A stretch of 64,000 nucleotides of DNA from a virus, in the IMG/VR virus record IMGVR_UViG_3300014656_000017, positions 1 to 64,000 of that record; one strand, 5' to 3'. The notes under the pieces are model-generated. The model did no database searches and had not been told where the DNA came from. It saw only the letters and a list, made by a program, of their open reading frames with translations. Position 1 is the first letter of the stretch. Each line of letters begins with the position of its first letter. Shown here piece by piece: positions 38,726 through 48,593 of the stretch. The position numbers and the translations under genes are program-made.

Positions 38726-38875
38726 CTTACCATTCTTTATTGGTGCAGCTTTAGGTGCAGCAATCTTTTCATTTATAATTGCTTCTAATTTTGCTACGTC
38801 AGTAAGAGGAGTCTTTTTAGATTTCTTTTTTATATCACACCATCCTTGTAAATACTTAGGTATATTGTTTTAAAT

Positions 38876-39241
38876 TTATACTGCCTTCCTAGTATTTTCT
38901 GAGGGGGAGCTATATTGCTTTGCTTTATTATTAATACCAAATTGTACTAAGTATTCAATTAAAACTTCAATAGAACTTGTTTTAATTATGAATTTGCTTG
39001 TGATGAATTGTCCTCCGTCATATAGCTCGAAGTAAAAATCATCAATATCCGATTTTTTAATATTGTCTTTATTGGCATTTTGATAGCACGTGCAAAATAC
39101 AGAAGCACATCCAGGATCTATAACAACAGTCCACACTCTTGGATCTGTATATGAATAACTTCTAAACAAGTCATCTACCATATACCCACTATCTCTCATA
39201 CGCTTCTTAAAATAACCTAATGTCGTCAATTTATTGGCCAT
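38876..39241 (-). CDS. Hypothetical protein
   Basis: 121 aa, GGAG RBS. Confidence 0.7.
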   Translation of the reverse strand: MANKLTTLGYFKKRMRDSGYMVDDLFRSYSYTDPRVWTVVIDPGCASVFCTCYQNANKDNIKKSDIDDFYFELYDGGQFITSKFIIKTSSIEVLIEYLVQFGINNKAKQYSSPSENTRKAV

Positions 39242-39515
39242 CTTTAGTCTCCTGGTTTATTATTCCTTCTATTACTTCGTAGTACCCTTTTGGTTTTTCT
39301 TGTAAATATACTTCTACATTTACTTCTGTATCATTTACTCTTATACATTTAACTATATAATCCGTTAACAAATGTTCTTCTTTAATAAAATGTAATACAG
39401 ATTCTAGATTATTAGCTACACACGATTCAAATTCAGGAGAGCTAATATCCATATTACACGTATTAACTGTTTTAGTAATAAGGCCTTGAATTGTTTTAAT
39501 ATAAGCTTTTTTCAT
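39231..39515 (-). CDS. Hypothetical protein
   Basis: 94 aa, coupled. Confidence 0.55.
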   Translation of the reverse strand: MKKAYIKTIQGLITKTVNTCNMDISSPEFESCVANNLESVLHFIKEEHLLTDYIVKCIRVNDTEVNVEVYLQEKPKGYYEVIEGIINQETKDGQ

Positions 39516-40259
39516 TTATTTAACATACGCAGGAATTATATATTTTAATATCCCTGTTTGTTTTTTAATTTCAAACAATATAATTTTATACGAATTGTTA
39601 ATTTTTATTTCAACATCTTCTTTATTATTTGATAACAATCTTAATATTTCTACGCTAAATGGTAGTGGAGTAGTTAATTCTATTCCTTGATAAGTAGGAG
39701 TAATGTTAAATGTAATATTATCTACCTGTTCAATCGCTTTGTCTGTAAGCTCAGCATAGATTACTTTATCTTTCGTAAAGAAATATACCTTATTTGATTC
39801 ATTGGCAAACATACTGCCTTTAAGAATTTCATTAATTTTAGAATTTGTTAAAGAAAATGAAGTATCGTATGTTAATTTGTTAATTTTATTAAGACTTAAT
39901 GTACATTTCTTAATAGCATCATCTAATACTAAATGCAATTTGAAACTTAAATTTGTAGAAGAGTATTTAATTGAACTATTATTGTCACCAATTTCAATTT
40001 CAAATTCGTCCGTTGGAATACATTCAAATACCCTGATAAGTTTTTTAACCCCTTTGATATTTAAACCAATAGAATCAGTATCTGATAATGTGTTATTATC
40101 CATTTGTGTTTCTGCATATAGAACTGTTGGCCCTGGATCAGCTGCAACCAAAGAATTAATAGTATTTTTAGTGACATTAATTGCACAATCATCAACTATT
40201 CTACTAATCGGGTTTAATATTTGATCAATGATTTGTTTTTTATTTATTTTCAGCTTCAC
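39516..40259 (-). CDS. DNA polymerase sliding clamp (gp45/PCNA-like)
   Basis: 247 aa, two-domain alpha/beta pattern, C-terminal L.Y.I; replication context. Confidence 0.6.
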   Translation of the reverse strand: MKLKINKKQIIDQILNPISRIVDDCAINVTKNTINSLVAADPGPTVLYAETQMDNNTLSDTDSIGLNIKGVKKLIRVFECIPTDEFEIEIGDNNSSIKYSSTNLSFKLHLVLDDAIKKCTLSLNKINKLTYDTSFSLTNSKINEILKGSMFANESNKVYFFTKDKVIYAELTDKAIEQVDNITFNITPTYQGIELTTPLPFSVEILRLLSNNKEDVEIKINNSYKIILFEIKKQTGILKYIIPAYVK

Positions 40260-40524
40260 TAATTTTACCTTCAGTTGATGGGGTGGGAAGAGGAGGCTGT
40301 GGTTGTTCAGATGATCTCAAAGGTGCCCTGGTTCTATTATTTCGATATACCATATTAATTACTCTTTTGCCTTTGTTAAAATCTGATTCTATTTTTTTTA
40401 TTGTGTCTAATATCTTTTTAATATCATTTTCAATTTTAGATATTTTTCGTTGTACATGTTCTTGAAATGCTTGAGGAGAAAGCTTTCCGATGTCTATAGT
40501 TTCTCTAATTTTATCAAATCTCAC
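40240..40524 (-). CDS. Hypothetical protein
   Basis: 94 aa, coiled coil. Confidence 0.55.
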   Translation of the reverse strand: MRFDKIRETIDIGKLSPQAFQEHVQRKISKIENDIKKILDTIKKIESDFNKGKRVINMVYRNNRTRAPLRSSEQPQPPLPTPSTEGKISEAENK

Positions 40525-40981
40525 TTTTTTTCTCTCTCTTTTTCTTACTGGTCAATTGTATTAATTTATCTTTAATTATTTTAACATCAATACTTAATAA
40601 ATCAAGCCTTTCCATTATAATATCTGCTGTAGTTTTTTCGTTAATCGATTTTTGTGCAAATTCAAATTCGAGTTGATTTGGATCTTTATTTAAATCTTTG
40701 TCTAATGAAACAGTTTTACCTTCTTCCATCTCTTTTATTCTATGTATAAAATTTGGAAGTACTGGTGGATTTAAAATTTCTGGTGGCAATGGTGGAGGTG
40801 CCACAAAAGGTCTTACACTGCTGCCATCAAGAGATATAGATTCTGTAGGCATTATTTCTTTGACCCCCGGCTTAAATGCTTTAATTTTATTGCGAGATGA
40901 TGGATCAGCCGAGGCATCTATAGCTGTTAAATGTGCCCCTAAAAATTCTACTAAATCTCTTTCTTCTTCTGATAATGGCAT
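40514..40981 (-). CDS. Hypothetical protein
   Basis: 155 aa with DPNQLEFEF (QL.F clamp-binding-like) motif. Confidence 0.6.
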   Translation of the reverse strand: MPLSEEERDLVEFLGAHLTAIDASADPSSRNKIKAFKPGVKEIMPTESISLDGSSVRPFVAPPPLPPEILNPPVLPNFIHRIKEMEEGKTVSLDKDLNKDPNQLEFEFAQKSINEKTTADIIMERLDLLSIDVKIIKDKLIQLTSKKKREKKSEI

Positions 40982-40990
40982 ATTATACCC

Positions 40991-41824
40991 TTAACTTAAT
41001 AATCTTCCTGCATTTAATATTGCAACGGCAGTATGACTGTGAATTGATTCTTCATGATTAACAGTTATTACATAATCACTAATATGTTTATCTAACCATT
41101 TATCTAATTCATTTCCCAACTGCCGAACTACATCTTCAACAAACTTTGGATTCTCATACATTAATTCAGTTTGCCATTTTTCATCTTCTCTTTTTAAACC
41201 ATTAATAATAGGTGCAGATGCACATTTAATTATCATATCGTACAAATCTTCAATCCATACTATATCTGCTCCATCATTAATTTTTACTGTAATCTCTGCT
41301 GTGCTGCGCTGATTATGTGCTCCATGTTGTGAAATTTCTTTACTACACGGACAACATGAAGTATACGGAGCCCGAACGGTTATATACATAGAAACTTTAT
41401 CATTTTCCAATTTACCCTCTACAGCTGCATATAATTCAATATGCGATTTAATCTTGCTTACAGGGGCTTCTTGTACTAGATAATAAGGGAAATGTATTTT
41501 AATAAACGCATTTTCTTGTTTCAATTTCTTTTTAGTGGCATGTAAAAGTTCATGAACAAAATCATGTAATACCAAATCCTTATTGATTAGAAATTCTTCA
41601 ATAAGGATTCGGTATCTAGACATATTAGTTCCTTTTTCCCTTTTACTCAAGTCAGTATACATAGAAATATTAGCAGAACAAATATTAATTGTTCCATCTT
41701 TTCTTTGTACCTTTAACGGCACTTTAACTTCACGTATACCCACCTTTTTAATAGGTCTCTCAGGGAACCCAGTTGCTTGATTTTGAATATCTGGCAACTC
41801 ATGTCTATGTTTAATTTCGGGCAT
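40991..41824 (-). CDS. folE2: GTP cyclohydrolase IB (FolE2/MptA family)
   Basis: LPDIQ, I.KVGI, KGTNMSR, TS.CPCSKEIS..GAHNQRS, LKREDEK, NPKFVED.VR, ESIH.H.A. Confidence 0.93.
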   Translation of the reverse strand: MPEIKHRHELPDIQNQATGFPERPIKKVGIREVKVPLKVQRKDGTINICSANISMYTDLSKREKGTNMSRYRILIEEFLINKDLVLHDFVHELLHATKKKLKQENAFIKIHFPYYLVQEAPVSKIKSHIELYAAVEGKLENDKVSMYITVRAPYTSCCPCSKEISQHGAHNQRSTAEITVKINDGADIVWIEDLYDMIIKCASAPIINGLKREDEKWQTELMYENPKFVEDVVRQLGNELDKWLDKHISDYVITVNHEESIHSHTAVAILNAGRLLS

Positions 41825-41834
41825 ATTTTATTCC

Positions 41835-42764
41835 TTATAGATTTTCAATATCATCTAATAGTTCTTTTAATTTATCTGAATCAGCAGTTGTTGTTGATTC
41901 ACTTGGTTCGCCTTCAACTGGAACATTAATAGACGGCTCAATGGTTTCATCACCATCTGTAATAGCTACCGTATCCGTACTTTTAGGAGCTGTTAGTTTA
42001 TTGGTAGTTCCTGATTTCTTATTGCTAGATTCGGCAACAATTGTAAAATCTGAAAACAAATGTTCTTGTAGCAATTCCTTCATTTCATCTGCAGACTTAG
42101 GCTCAACAAACTTTGTTAGATCAAAAATACTATCATAAATAGTTTTAATCTTTTGTGGTGTTAGTCCTTCAATTGGTCCTGGTGCAGTAAATCTAGAATT
42201 ATTATAGTTAGCAAATTTTCGTGTACCTTCTACAGTGCTTTCTACCTTAATTTTAAAATTACAACCATTCTCTGTCAAATCAAATACTTTTGATCCGAAT
42301 TCATCTGCATCACCACCCTCAATAGCTTCTGTAATCTTTTCGTGTAATCTTTTACCAAAACGAAGTACTTTAACAGTTCCCTCATTTTCTGAATTAGTAG
42401 GATCTGAAATTACATATACGTTCACCATATGTTTTTCCATACGTCGAATATTATATGCAACTTTCTTATCGTCTTCGTTCTTTGTTTTATACAGTTTAAA
42501 TCTGTTTTCGCAAATGATACACCTTTCATCAAATGTGGTTGGGCAAAAACTATCTACATACTGTCCTGTAGATGTGCTGCTCCACCCATGGTGAAAATAG
42601 TGGAAAAATGTTGCTTTTGGATCTTTGACATTTGGAATCAATCGAACCAAATAAGTATTACCTGGCTCCATCTTCAAAATATCACGATATGCGGACGAAT
42701 TATGCTTTGGATTATCTAACGACTCTTTAATACTATCAAACATACTTGTAATGTCTATATTCAT
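41835..42764 (-). CDS. Single-stranded DNA-binding protein (gp32-like)
   Basis: VRLIP, H.W, CP....CIIC, NVYVISDP...NEG.VK...FGK, FDL..G.NF.IK, acidic tail. Confidence 0.88.
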   Translation of the reverse strand: MNIDITSMFDSIKESLDNPKHNSSAYRDILKMEPGNTYLVRLIPNVKDPKATFFHYFHHGWSSTSTGQYVDSFCPTTFDERCIICENRFKLYKTKNEDDKKVAYNIRRMEKHMVNVYVISDPTNSENEGTVKVLRFGKRLHEKITEAIEGGDADEFGSKVFDLTENGCNFKIKVESTVEGTRKFANYNNSRFTAPGPIEGLTPQKIKTIYDSIFDLTKFVEPKSADEMKELLQEHLFSDFTIVAESSNKKSGTTNKLTAPKSTDTVAITDGDETIEPSINVPVEGEPSESTTTADSDKLKELLDDIENL

Positions 42765-43439
42765 TTATTTATTTTCCTTTATTATACTTTCTATTTTTTT
42801 AATACCTTCTTTTACTAATATTTTTGCATTTTTTGAATTTATATATTTTGTTTTATATTTTACCCAATCATTCATCAAATCCCCCAAAAATAATTCCTTT
42901 TCATCCTCTGCGATTTTGATAATGATATCATATATTTCAGGGAATTCAACGAGTACATAAAAATTTATTTCATGTCTCTTTAATTGTTTCATCCATTCAT
43001 ATGTTATACCCGTCCTTGTATGTATATACTCTTTCACACTCAGTTTGTGCTTATAGCAAAACTCACCTATTACTTTTAACGATTGTTTAATCATTGTTAG
43101 CTGTTCGGGGGTATCTGGTGGTAGTTCCTGAAGATATTTCATATACATTGCAAACGCTTCAATTCCACCCATTCCCGCATAAAATTTTAAATCTACATAA
43201 TCTTCAGCGGGATGTAAAACAAAAGGGGCTTTAAAATATAACTCTGGATTAATGTGAGGATACTTGCTTAACATATTACTAATTCGTTTTATATTAAGCC
43301 TTTTATCATCTTCTAAATTATCAAAATCCTTGCGATAAGAAAACAATTTGTCGCGACTTTCTCGAGATACCCTTAAATATAAATTATACAATTGTTTTTC
43401 TTTAAAATTTAAATTGATTTTATTTGTGTTGTTGTCCAT
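42765..43439 (-). CDS. Hypothetical replication-region protein (possible helicase-loader analogue)
   Basis: 224 aa, basic and helical, upstream of gp32-like as gp59 is in T4; function from synteny only. Confidence 0.4.
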   Translation of the reverse strand: MDNNTNKINLNFKEKQLYNLYLRVSRESRDKLFSYRKDFDNLEDDKRLNIKRISNMLSKYPHINPELYFKAPFVLHPAEDYVDLKFYAGMGGIEAFAMYMKYLQELPPDTPEQLTMIKQSLKVIGEFCYKHKLSVKEYIHTRTGITYEWMKQLKRHEINFYVLVEFPEIYDIIIKIAEDEKELFLGDLMNDWVKYKTKYINSKNAKILVKEGIKKIESIIKENK

Positions 43440-43734
43440 TACTGTTTCTTTTAGTTAATGCTATAGTTACTATTTTTGATTTACATAATGTAGGATATCT
43501 TTCAATAAGATTATTAACAAGTTCTTGAAAATTGTCAATGTCTGCTAATTGTAGTGCACAGTTTCTAAATGTAATACTTTGAATTAATGCTATTAATAGT
43601 TTTGCTTGATTAGTTTTTTTATTTTGTAATATAGATAATAAGGATCCAAGTTTTAATACAATCATATCTAGTTCTCGTTCAGCTAAATATTCTGGAGGGG
43701 ATAAATTGGTTTCTTCAATGTACGTAGTTATCAT
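43420..43734 (-). CDS. Hypothetical protein
   Basis: 104 aa, coupled. Confidence 0.55.
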   Translation of the reverse strand: MITTYIEETNLSPPEYLAERELDMIVLKLGSLLSILQNKKTNQAKLLIALIQSITFRNCALQLADIDNFQELVNNLIERYPTLCKSKIVTIALTKRNSNGQQHK

Positions 43735-44633
43735 TTTATTTCTTTTAATAATTTAGTAAATTCTAAAAATTTGCCAGTGATCTGTCCGCCAGCTGAATAT
43801 TCATGTCCTGCACCATCTGCTAATTTTTCAGCTAATAAATTTAATTTACATGTTGATTTTTTATTTCTTCTAAAACTAATATGTTGTGTTGAAGTATTAA
43901 CTACTATGGCAATATCTGGATTATATGTAGATAAAATATGATCACTAATATCGTTTACAGGTGAAGATTTATTAACAAATGTTGCTATAATATGATACTT
44001 GGTCCCTGATATAGAAATTTCTTTGTTTTCAAAAAGCTTTATATTTGCAAGAGTTTTATCTAATTGTTGTTTCCATAATTTGTAGATATTTTCTTGTTGT
44101 GCAGTAAAAGCTGTCATGCCTTTATCATACATTTCCATAAATGCTTTAAAGTTATTATGAGTGCTCCAAAATATTGAATTTAATTTTTTTGATTCTGGTA
44201 CAGATAATGTATAAGAATCATAATCATTACCAAGTGCTATTAAAATCTTTTGATTTTTATTCAGTTCTAAATTATATAACTTTTTAAATATTTTATAAGC
44301 AAGCAGACAAGCAGAGGGATATTCTTTAACAATAACAGTAGCTGTTTCATATTTTGCATTATCTACATGAGACTTATGATGATCAATAATAAAAACATTC
44401 GATTTATCAATTAAATCTTTATGATCACTAACGTCTAAATCTAAAATGAATATTTTGTCATAGTCTTCTATTTTATGTTTTAGAAGCCATTTTGTAAAGT
44501 CTATTCTAAATCCAAAACCTGCAATGCTATCATATTCTATATGTGCTTGAGGATGAGCCCATTTAGTCACCAGAGCAGACACCACACCATCTAAATCATT
44601 ATGACTAAATATAAATATACGGGGTATTTTCAT
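43731..44633 (-). CDS. DHH/DHHA1 phosphoesterase
   Basis: HNDLDG, LDLD, IDHH, SA, DYD, SFR, GAGH..SAG. Confidence 0.9.
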   Translation of the reverse strand: MKIPRIFIFSHNDLDGVVSALVTKWAHPQAHIEYDSIAGFGFRIDFTKWLLKHKIEDYDKIFILDLDVSDHKDLIDKSNVFIIDHHKSHVDNAKYETATVIVKEYPSACLLAYKIFKKLYNLELNKNQKILIALGNDYDSYTLSVPESKKLNSIFWSTHNNFKAFMEMYDKGMTAFTAQQENIYKLWKQQLDKTLANIKLFENKEISISGTKYHIIATFVNKSSPVNDISDHILSTYNPDIAIVVNTSTQHISFRRNKKSTCKLNLLAEKLADGAGHEYSAGGQITGKFLEFTKLLKEIK

Positions 44634-44671
44634 CTAAAATATTTATTAGTAATATGTTAAAAAATCAACTG

Positions 44672-46024
44672 CTATTTAATATCCAATTTTCCCAATACAC
44701 TATCTAATTCGCCCACTTCTTCAGTAGAAGAAAAGACATCATCTGTTTCACTAATAGTAAGAGTATCATAATCTATTTTGAATGATTGTTTTCCGAAATT
44801 TGGTCCAAATCTACTTTTCATCATTCCAATATTTAAAATTCCCAATTCTTTTTCTGCAGGAGTGCACCATATAGACATCATAGCATCTGCAGTATGAGAA
44901 ATGCCCATACTTTCACCTGTTGATTTAATAGATGGCGATTCTATAGCACCATATCCACTTCTATTTAATTGGAATGCACTGATAATAGGACACGAAAATA
45001 CATAACTTAGTGCTCTTAATTTTTCTGAAATATCTTTACCGTCTTCATATAGTGATCCATCACCTTTAGTGGATTCTAATAAAGTTAAATAATCTATGAT
45101 AATTACATCTGGGCGAAATTTCTTTTTATTCTTTAATTTTTGAATGTATGCTTTAATATGATTAGTTGTAATAGAACTGGGCGGAAATTCTTTAATGATC
45201 AGCTTTGAAGACATATGTTTTTGTGTAAACTCTTTAACAAATCCTCTCAATAAATTTGTTTCTTCTTTAAGTCTGTTTGTTGGGATTTGTGATAATTGAG
45301 TACTGATTCTTTTAGAATATAACAATTCTGACATTTCTAATGATATGATTACTGCATTTAGATCCTGTTCTACTACCTTTCCTGCTGCATTAGCTAATAC
45401 AATAGACTTTCCTATGTTAGTCTCGCCACCAAATAAATATAATGCTCGGCCAGACTGCATCCAGCCTCCTCCAAGCATTTTATTTAACCACTTATATCCT
45501 GTTGGGATAAATTTGTCAACAGTTGTAAGATCTGTTAAATGTTTTTCAATATCTTCAAAATAATCGTGACCTAAATTGTCAACTAAACTTATATTGCATG
45601 CCTTTTCAAACGTTTCTAGTATTTCATTAGTATCAGGGATGGCCTCTTTGTCCGATACTTTATTAACAGTTTCTTTGACTGCATAATATACTGCTTTCTC
45701 TTTAATAAATTGTTCTGTGTTGCGTAAAAGTTCATCTTGATTATATTGTGTGTCTAATGTTTTAAAATGTATCACTACATCTTTGTAAGCTTTTTTAAGA
45801 TCATCATTTATTAATTTAGATTTAATTTCTGTAGCATTAGGTAGAGATGAATGTTCTTTATAAAAGTCAAATATTATTTGAATGTAAGATCGGATATTAT
45901 CGTTTTTAATATATAATGGTTTTAATTCATCAATAATATTAGCTACGTAAATATCATTTAATGTGACATTTAACGCTACAACATATTCAAAAAAATCAGT
46001 ATCTATTTTGCGAGGCTCAGACAT
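44672..46024 (-). CDS. Replicative DnaB-like helicase (gp41)
   Basis: GGETNIGKS, ISLEMSE, IKEFP, IIDYL, QLNRSG, ESMG..HTAD, KSRFG. Confidence 0.93.
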   Translation of the reverse strand: MSEPRKIDTDFFEYVVALNVTLNDIYVANIIDELKPLYIKNDNIRSYIQIIFDFYKEHSSLPNATEIKSKLINDDLKKAYKDVVIHFKTLDTQYNQDELLRNTEQFIKEKAVYYAVKETVNKVSDKEAIPDTNEILETFEKACNISLVDNLGHDYFEDIEKHLTDLTTVDKFIPTGYKWLNKMLGGGWMQSGRALYLFGGETNIGKSIVLANAAGKVVEQDLNAVIISLEMSELLYSKRISTQLSQIPTNRLKEETNLLRGFVKEFTQKHMSSKLIIKEFPPSSITTNHIKAYIQKLKNKKKFRPDVIIIDYLTLLESTKGDGSLYEDGKDISEKLRALSYVFSCPIISAFQLNRSGYGAIESPSIKSTGESMGISHTADAMMSIWCTPAEKELGILNIGMMKSRFGPNFGKQSFKIDYDTLTISETDDVFSSTEEVGELDSVLGKLDIK

Positions 46025-46636
46025 TTATGTAGTTTGTTTATTTAGATTTTCAATTGACTCTACAAGTTTCTGCTGCAACATTTCAATAATCGTATCTTCT
46101 TCTTTTATTCTAACATTATATTCAACTACATTTTTAATAATCTGATCAGCTCTTTCTTTAACAGATCCTGTTACTATAATTGGATTTATTCTATAAGATT
46201 CAATATAGTCGTCATATAATTGTACAATAGCATTTCGATAATCTTGATTCATACTTCGCGAATCATCATCTATTAAGTCAAATTCTGGTTTAATATAAAA
46301 GTGTAAATCATATCTAAGATTTTCAAAAATTGCTTCAGCTATCCGTAAGGTTTCTTGAGTTATTTTTTCTGTTTGATACTGGTGTGTTGCATACACTAAT
46401 GCATCTAAAGAACATCGATCTAATACAGAATTCCTCCATACATAATTTTTTAAATGAACAGCTTCTACCATTAACTGTGCATTATCATCCCCTACATCAT
46501 TAAGTTTAAATCCTAATTCTTGAATACCTCTAATACTTTCAACAAAGGTATAATCTTTCAATTCTGGTCTAGTTCGAAGTTCATTAATTAGTGAAGTTTT
46601 TCCCGTTCCTTGAGCGCCTGAAATAGCTATTCTCAT
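46025..46636 (-). CDS. P-loop nucleoside/nucleotide kinase (AAA_28/NadR-like)
   Basis: IAISGAQGTGKTSL, DRCSLD...Y, DD.SR, G...ER. Confidence 0.8.
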   Translation of the reverse strand: MRIAISGAQGTGKTSLINELRTRPELKDYTFVESIRGIQELGFKLNDVGDDNAQLMVEAVHLKNYVWRNSVLDRCSLDALVYATHQYQTEKITQETLRIAEAIFENLRYDLHFYIKPEFDLIDDDSRSMNQDYRNAIVQLYDDYIESYRINPIIVTGSVKERADQIIKNVVEYNVRIKEEDTIIEMLQQKLVESIENLNKQTT

Positions 46637-47433
46637 ATATTCTCCTTATTATTAAACATTTTACGAAATAATCGTACATTATGCACGGCAGTTTCTATTT
46701 GTTCTAAAGAAAATTGATGTTCAAATAGTTCTACCATTTTAGTTGGATCTTTATCAATCGTCAATGTTGGCCATGAGTATTTAATGCCTAATAATCCTTG
46801 CACTATGGGGTTAGACGTGTCGATCGTATCGAACTTGCGGTATATGTCAGACGTCATAAATTCATTTGGCAACGCTGTTCCAAGCGCATGGTGAGGCTTG
46901 GTAAATCTAAGAATCCCCAATTTCTCCATTTCTGTAAGAAAATAGTGGCGACCTGATGCATATTTTTGCCAAATATTATCACCCGTTCCGTGCACTAAAT
47001 AATAATCTTGAATAAAGTTAATAGCTATTTTGTCTGCTTTGCTGTGCATGAAATTATAACAGACTGTCAAATCTTCAAAATTCTTGCCTTGAACAACACC
47101 AATTTTCTTACCAGGCAGATTACCATAGTTTTCATTCCACTTTTTATAATTTTCAATAGTTTTTTCAGCATCACCAAATACATCAGGAACTATATATTCT
47201 GTTGGTTTTAATTCAAGAATTTTTAATGCAAATAAATCGGAATTAAATGCCTCACCTAATTCAAAGACACTATTATCCAAAATAACTCTACGCCCCATTT
47301 TTAATGAATCTTTAAAGAACTCTGAATATTTTGGATAGTCGTTTAGTAAATGCACCAAACAATAATCATAATCATTAAAGCTTCTAGAAATATCTAAAAG
47401 TTGTAATGGAACTTCGTGGGAGATTTGTGTCAC
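46633..47433 (-). CDS. TGT-fold transglycosylase-like protein (divergent DpdA candidate)
   Basis: ILDNS.FE, .VPD, GVVQG, HHALG, IDTS map onto the TGT/DpdA motifs DSG.F, PD, VQG, H.LG, DS. Confidence 0.6.
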   Translation of the reverse strand: MTQISHEVPLQLLDISRSFNDYDYCLVHLLNDYPKYSEFFKDSLKMGRRVILDNSVFELGEAFNSDLFALKILELKPTEYIVPDVFGDAEKTIENYKKWNENYGNLPGKKIGVVQGKNFEDLTVCYNFMHSKADKIAINFIQDYYLVHGTGDNIWQKYASGRHYFLTEMEKLGILRFTKPHHALGTALPNEFMTSDIYRKFDTIDTSNPIVQGLLGIKYSWPTLTIDKDPTKMVELFEHQFSLEQIETAVHNVRLFRKMFNNKENI

Positions 47434-48539
47434 TTTTCTTCCTTTATATTATCTACTTCTTTTTTAATTTCTTCAACAGAACTACTAAACACAAACTCTT
47501 TCTTTAATACTTCTTCAAGTTTAGGTATAATAATATTATCCCATACATTTGCATCTTTTTCAAATGCTTTTCTATATCCTAAAGTATTACCATTACATTC
47601 ATAAGTTCTATCGCCTGTAATAACGCCTAGTCCATGAGCCAATTCAAACAACCCAGAGTATTTATCTACCCCTGTTTTAAAATTAAGGTAAATGTCTGTT
47701 GCTAGCATAGGTGGTAAAAATCTATTTTTAGCTGTAAGTGCATGCATTGTTATTCCGCCTACTTTCTTAGCTGCTGATAATATTTCTTCAGATTCAAATT
47801 CCTTTTCGTTCTTTTCTCGTTTAAATCCTAATTGAATAATTAGTGAAGAAAGATAAATTGGCGCTTTTCCTCCAGATTGATTTTTAATTGCAGACGGATA
47901 CATAGCAGCCGGATCATCATATTCATGGTTAGAAAATAGAATAGTGGTTTTAGCCTTAGCAGCTCTATAGGTTAAGGTTCTTAACATGCTTTTAATTTCT
48001 TTAGCTCTCAATCCCATATCTGCTGCTGATTTGTCTTCTTCAGCATCTTTAATTTCTTTACCACTGGCCAAATTACCCAAAGAATCTATAATAATCATAA
48101 ACTTCTTTTGCAGATTCTTTTCAAGGATTTTATTAAGAACCGCTAAAATTTGATTACGGGCACTATTTACAGTATTCACCGGATAGTGCTTAATTTGATC
48201 AGGATTGGCTCCTAAAGATCGTGCTGTAGCCGCATCTAATGCTACTTCTGAATCGAATACAATACCCCATCTTGTCGGATCTTCTTTTTGAAAGTTTCCT
48301 AATATCTTAGTCATAATCAAAGTTTTACCACAACCAGAAGGTCCTGATAATCCAATAATTCTTCCTTGTTGAATTCCTTTGAAACAGGAACCTGAAACAA
48401 TTGCATTCAGGGCATACGATCCTGTGTCCACCCAAGCATCTACAACAGACAATGCATTGTCTGATAAAATTGTGGCATCAGGATTCAGAGCATCCGCATC
48501 TTTAAACACATCATCATATATATTAGTCTTTTTAGCCAT
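47430..48539 (-). CDS. uvsX: RecA-like recombinase
   Basis: DTGSYALNA..SG, GPSGCGKT, FDSE, IIDSLGNL, DMG.RA, SGG. Confidence 0.93.
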   Translation of the reverse strand: MAKKTNIYDDVFKDADALNPDATILSDNALSVVDAWVDTGSYALNAIVSGSCFKGIQQGRIIGLSGPSGCGKTLIMTKILGNFQKEDPTRWGIVFDSEVALDAATARSLGANPDQIKHYPVNTVNSARNQILAVLNKILEKNLQKKFMIIIDSLGNLASGKEIKDAEEDKSAADMGLRAKEIKSMLRTLTYRAAKAKTTILFSNHEYDDPAAMYPSAIKNQSGGKAPIYLSSLIIQLGFKREKNEKEFESEEILSAAKKVGGITMHALTAKNRFLPPMLATDIYLNFKTGVDKYSGLFELAHGLGVITGDRTYECNGNTLGYRKAFEKDANVWDNIIIPKLEEVLKKEFVFSSSVEEIKKEVDNIKEEK

Positions 48540-48562
48540 AAATATACTCCTTAATATTTTAT

Positions 48563-48590
48563 ATTATAAATGAAATTTTATAAAAAGCAA
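48563..48590 (-). promoter_or_regulatory. Promoter TTGCTT-N16-TATAAT for uvsX
   Basis: Followed by AAGGAG RBS and ATG 48539. Confidence 0.65.
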
Positions 48591-48593
48591 TAA

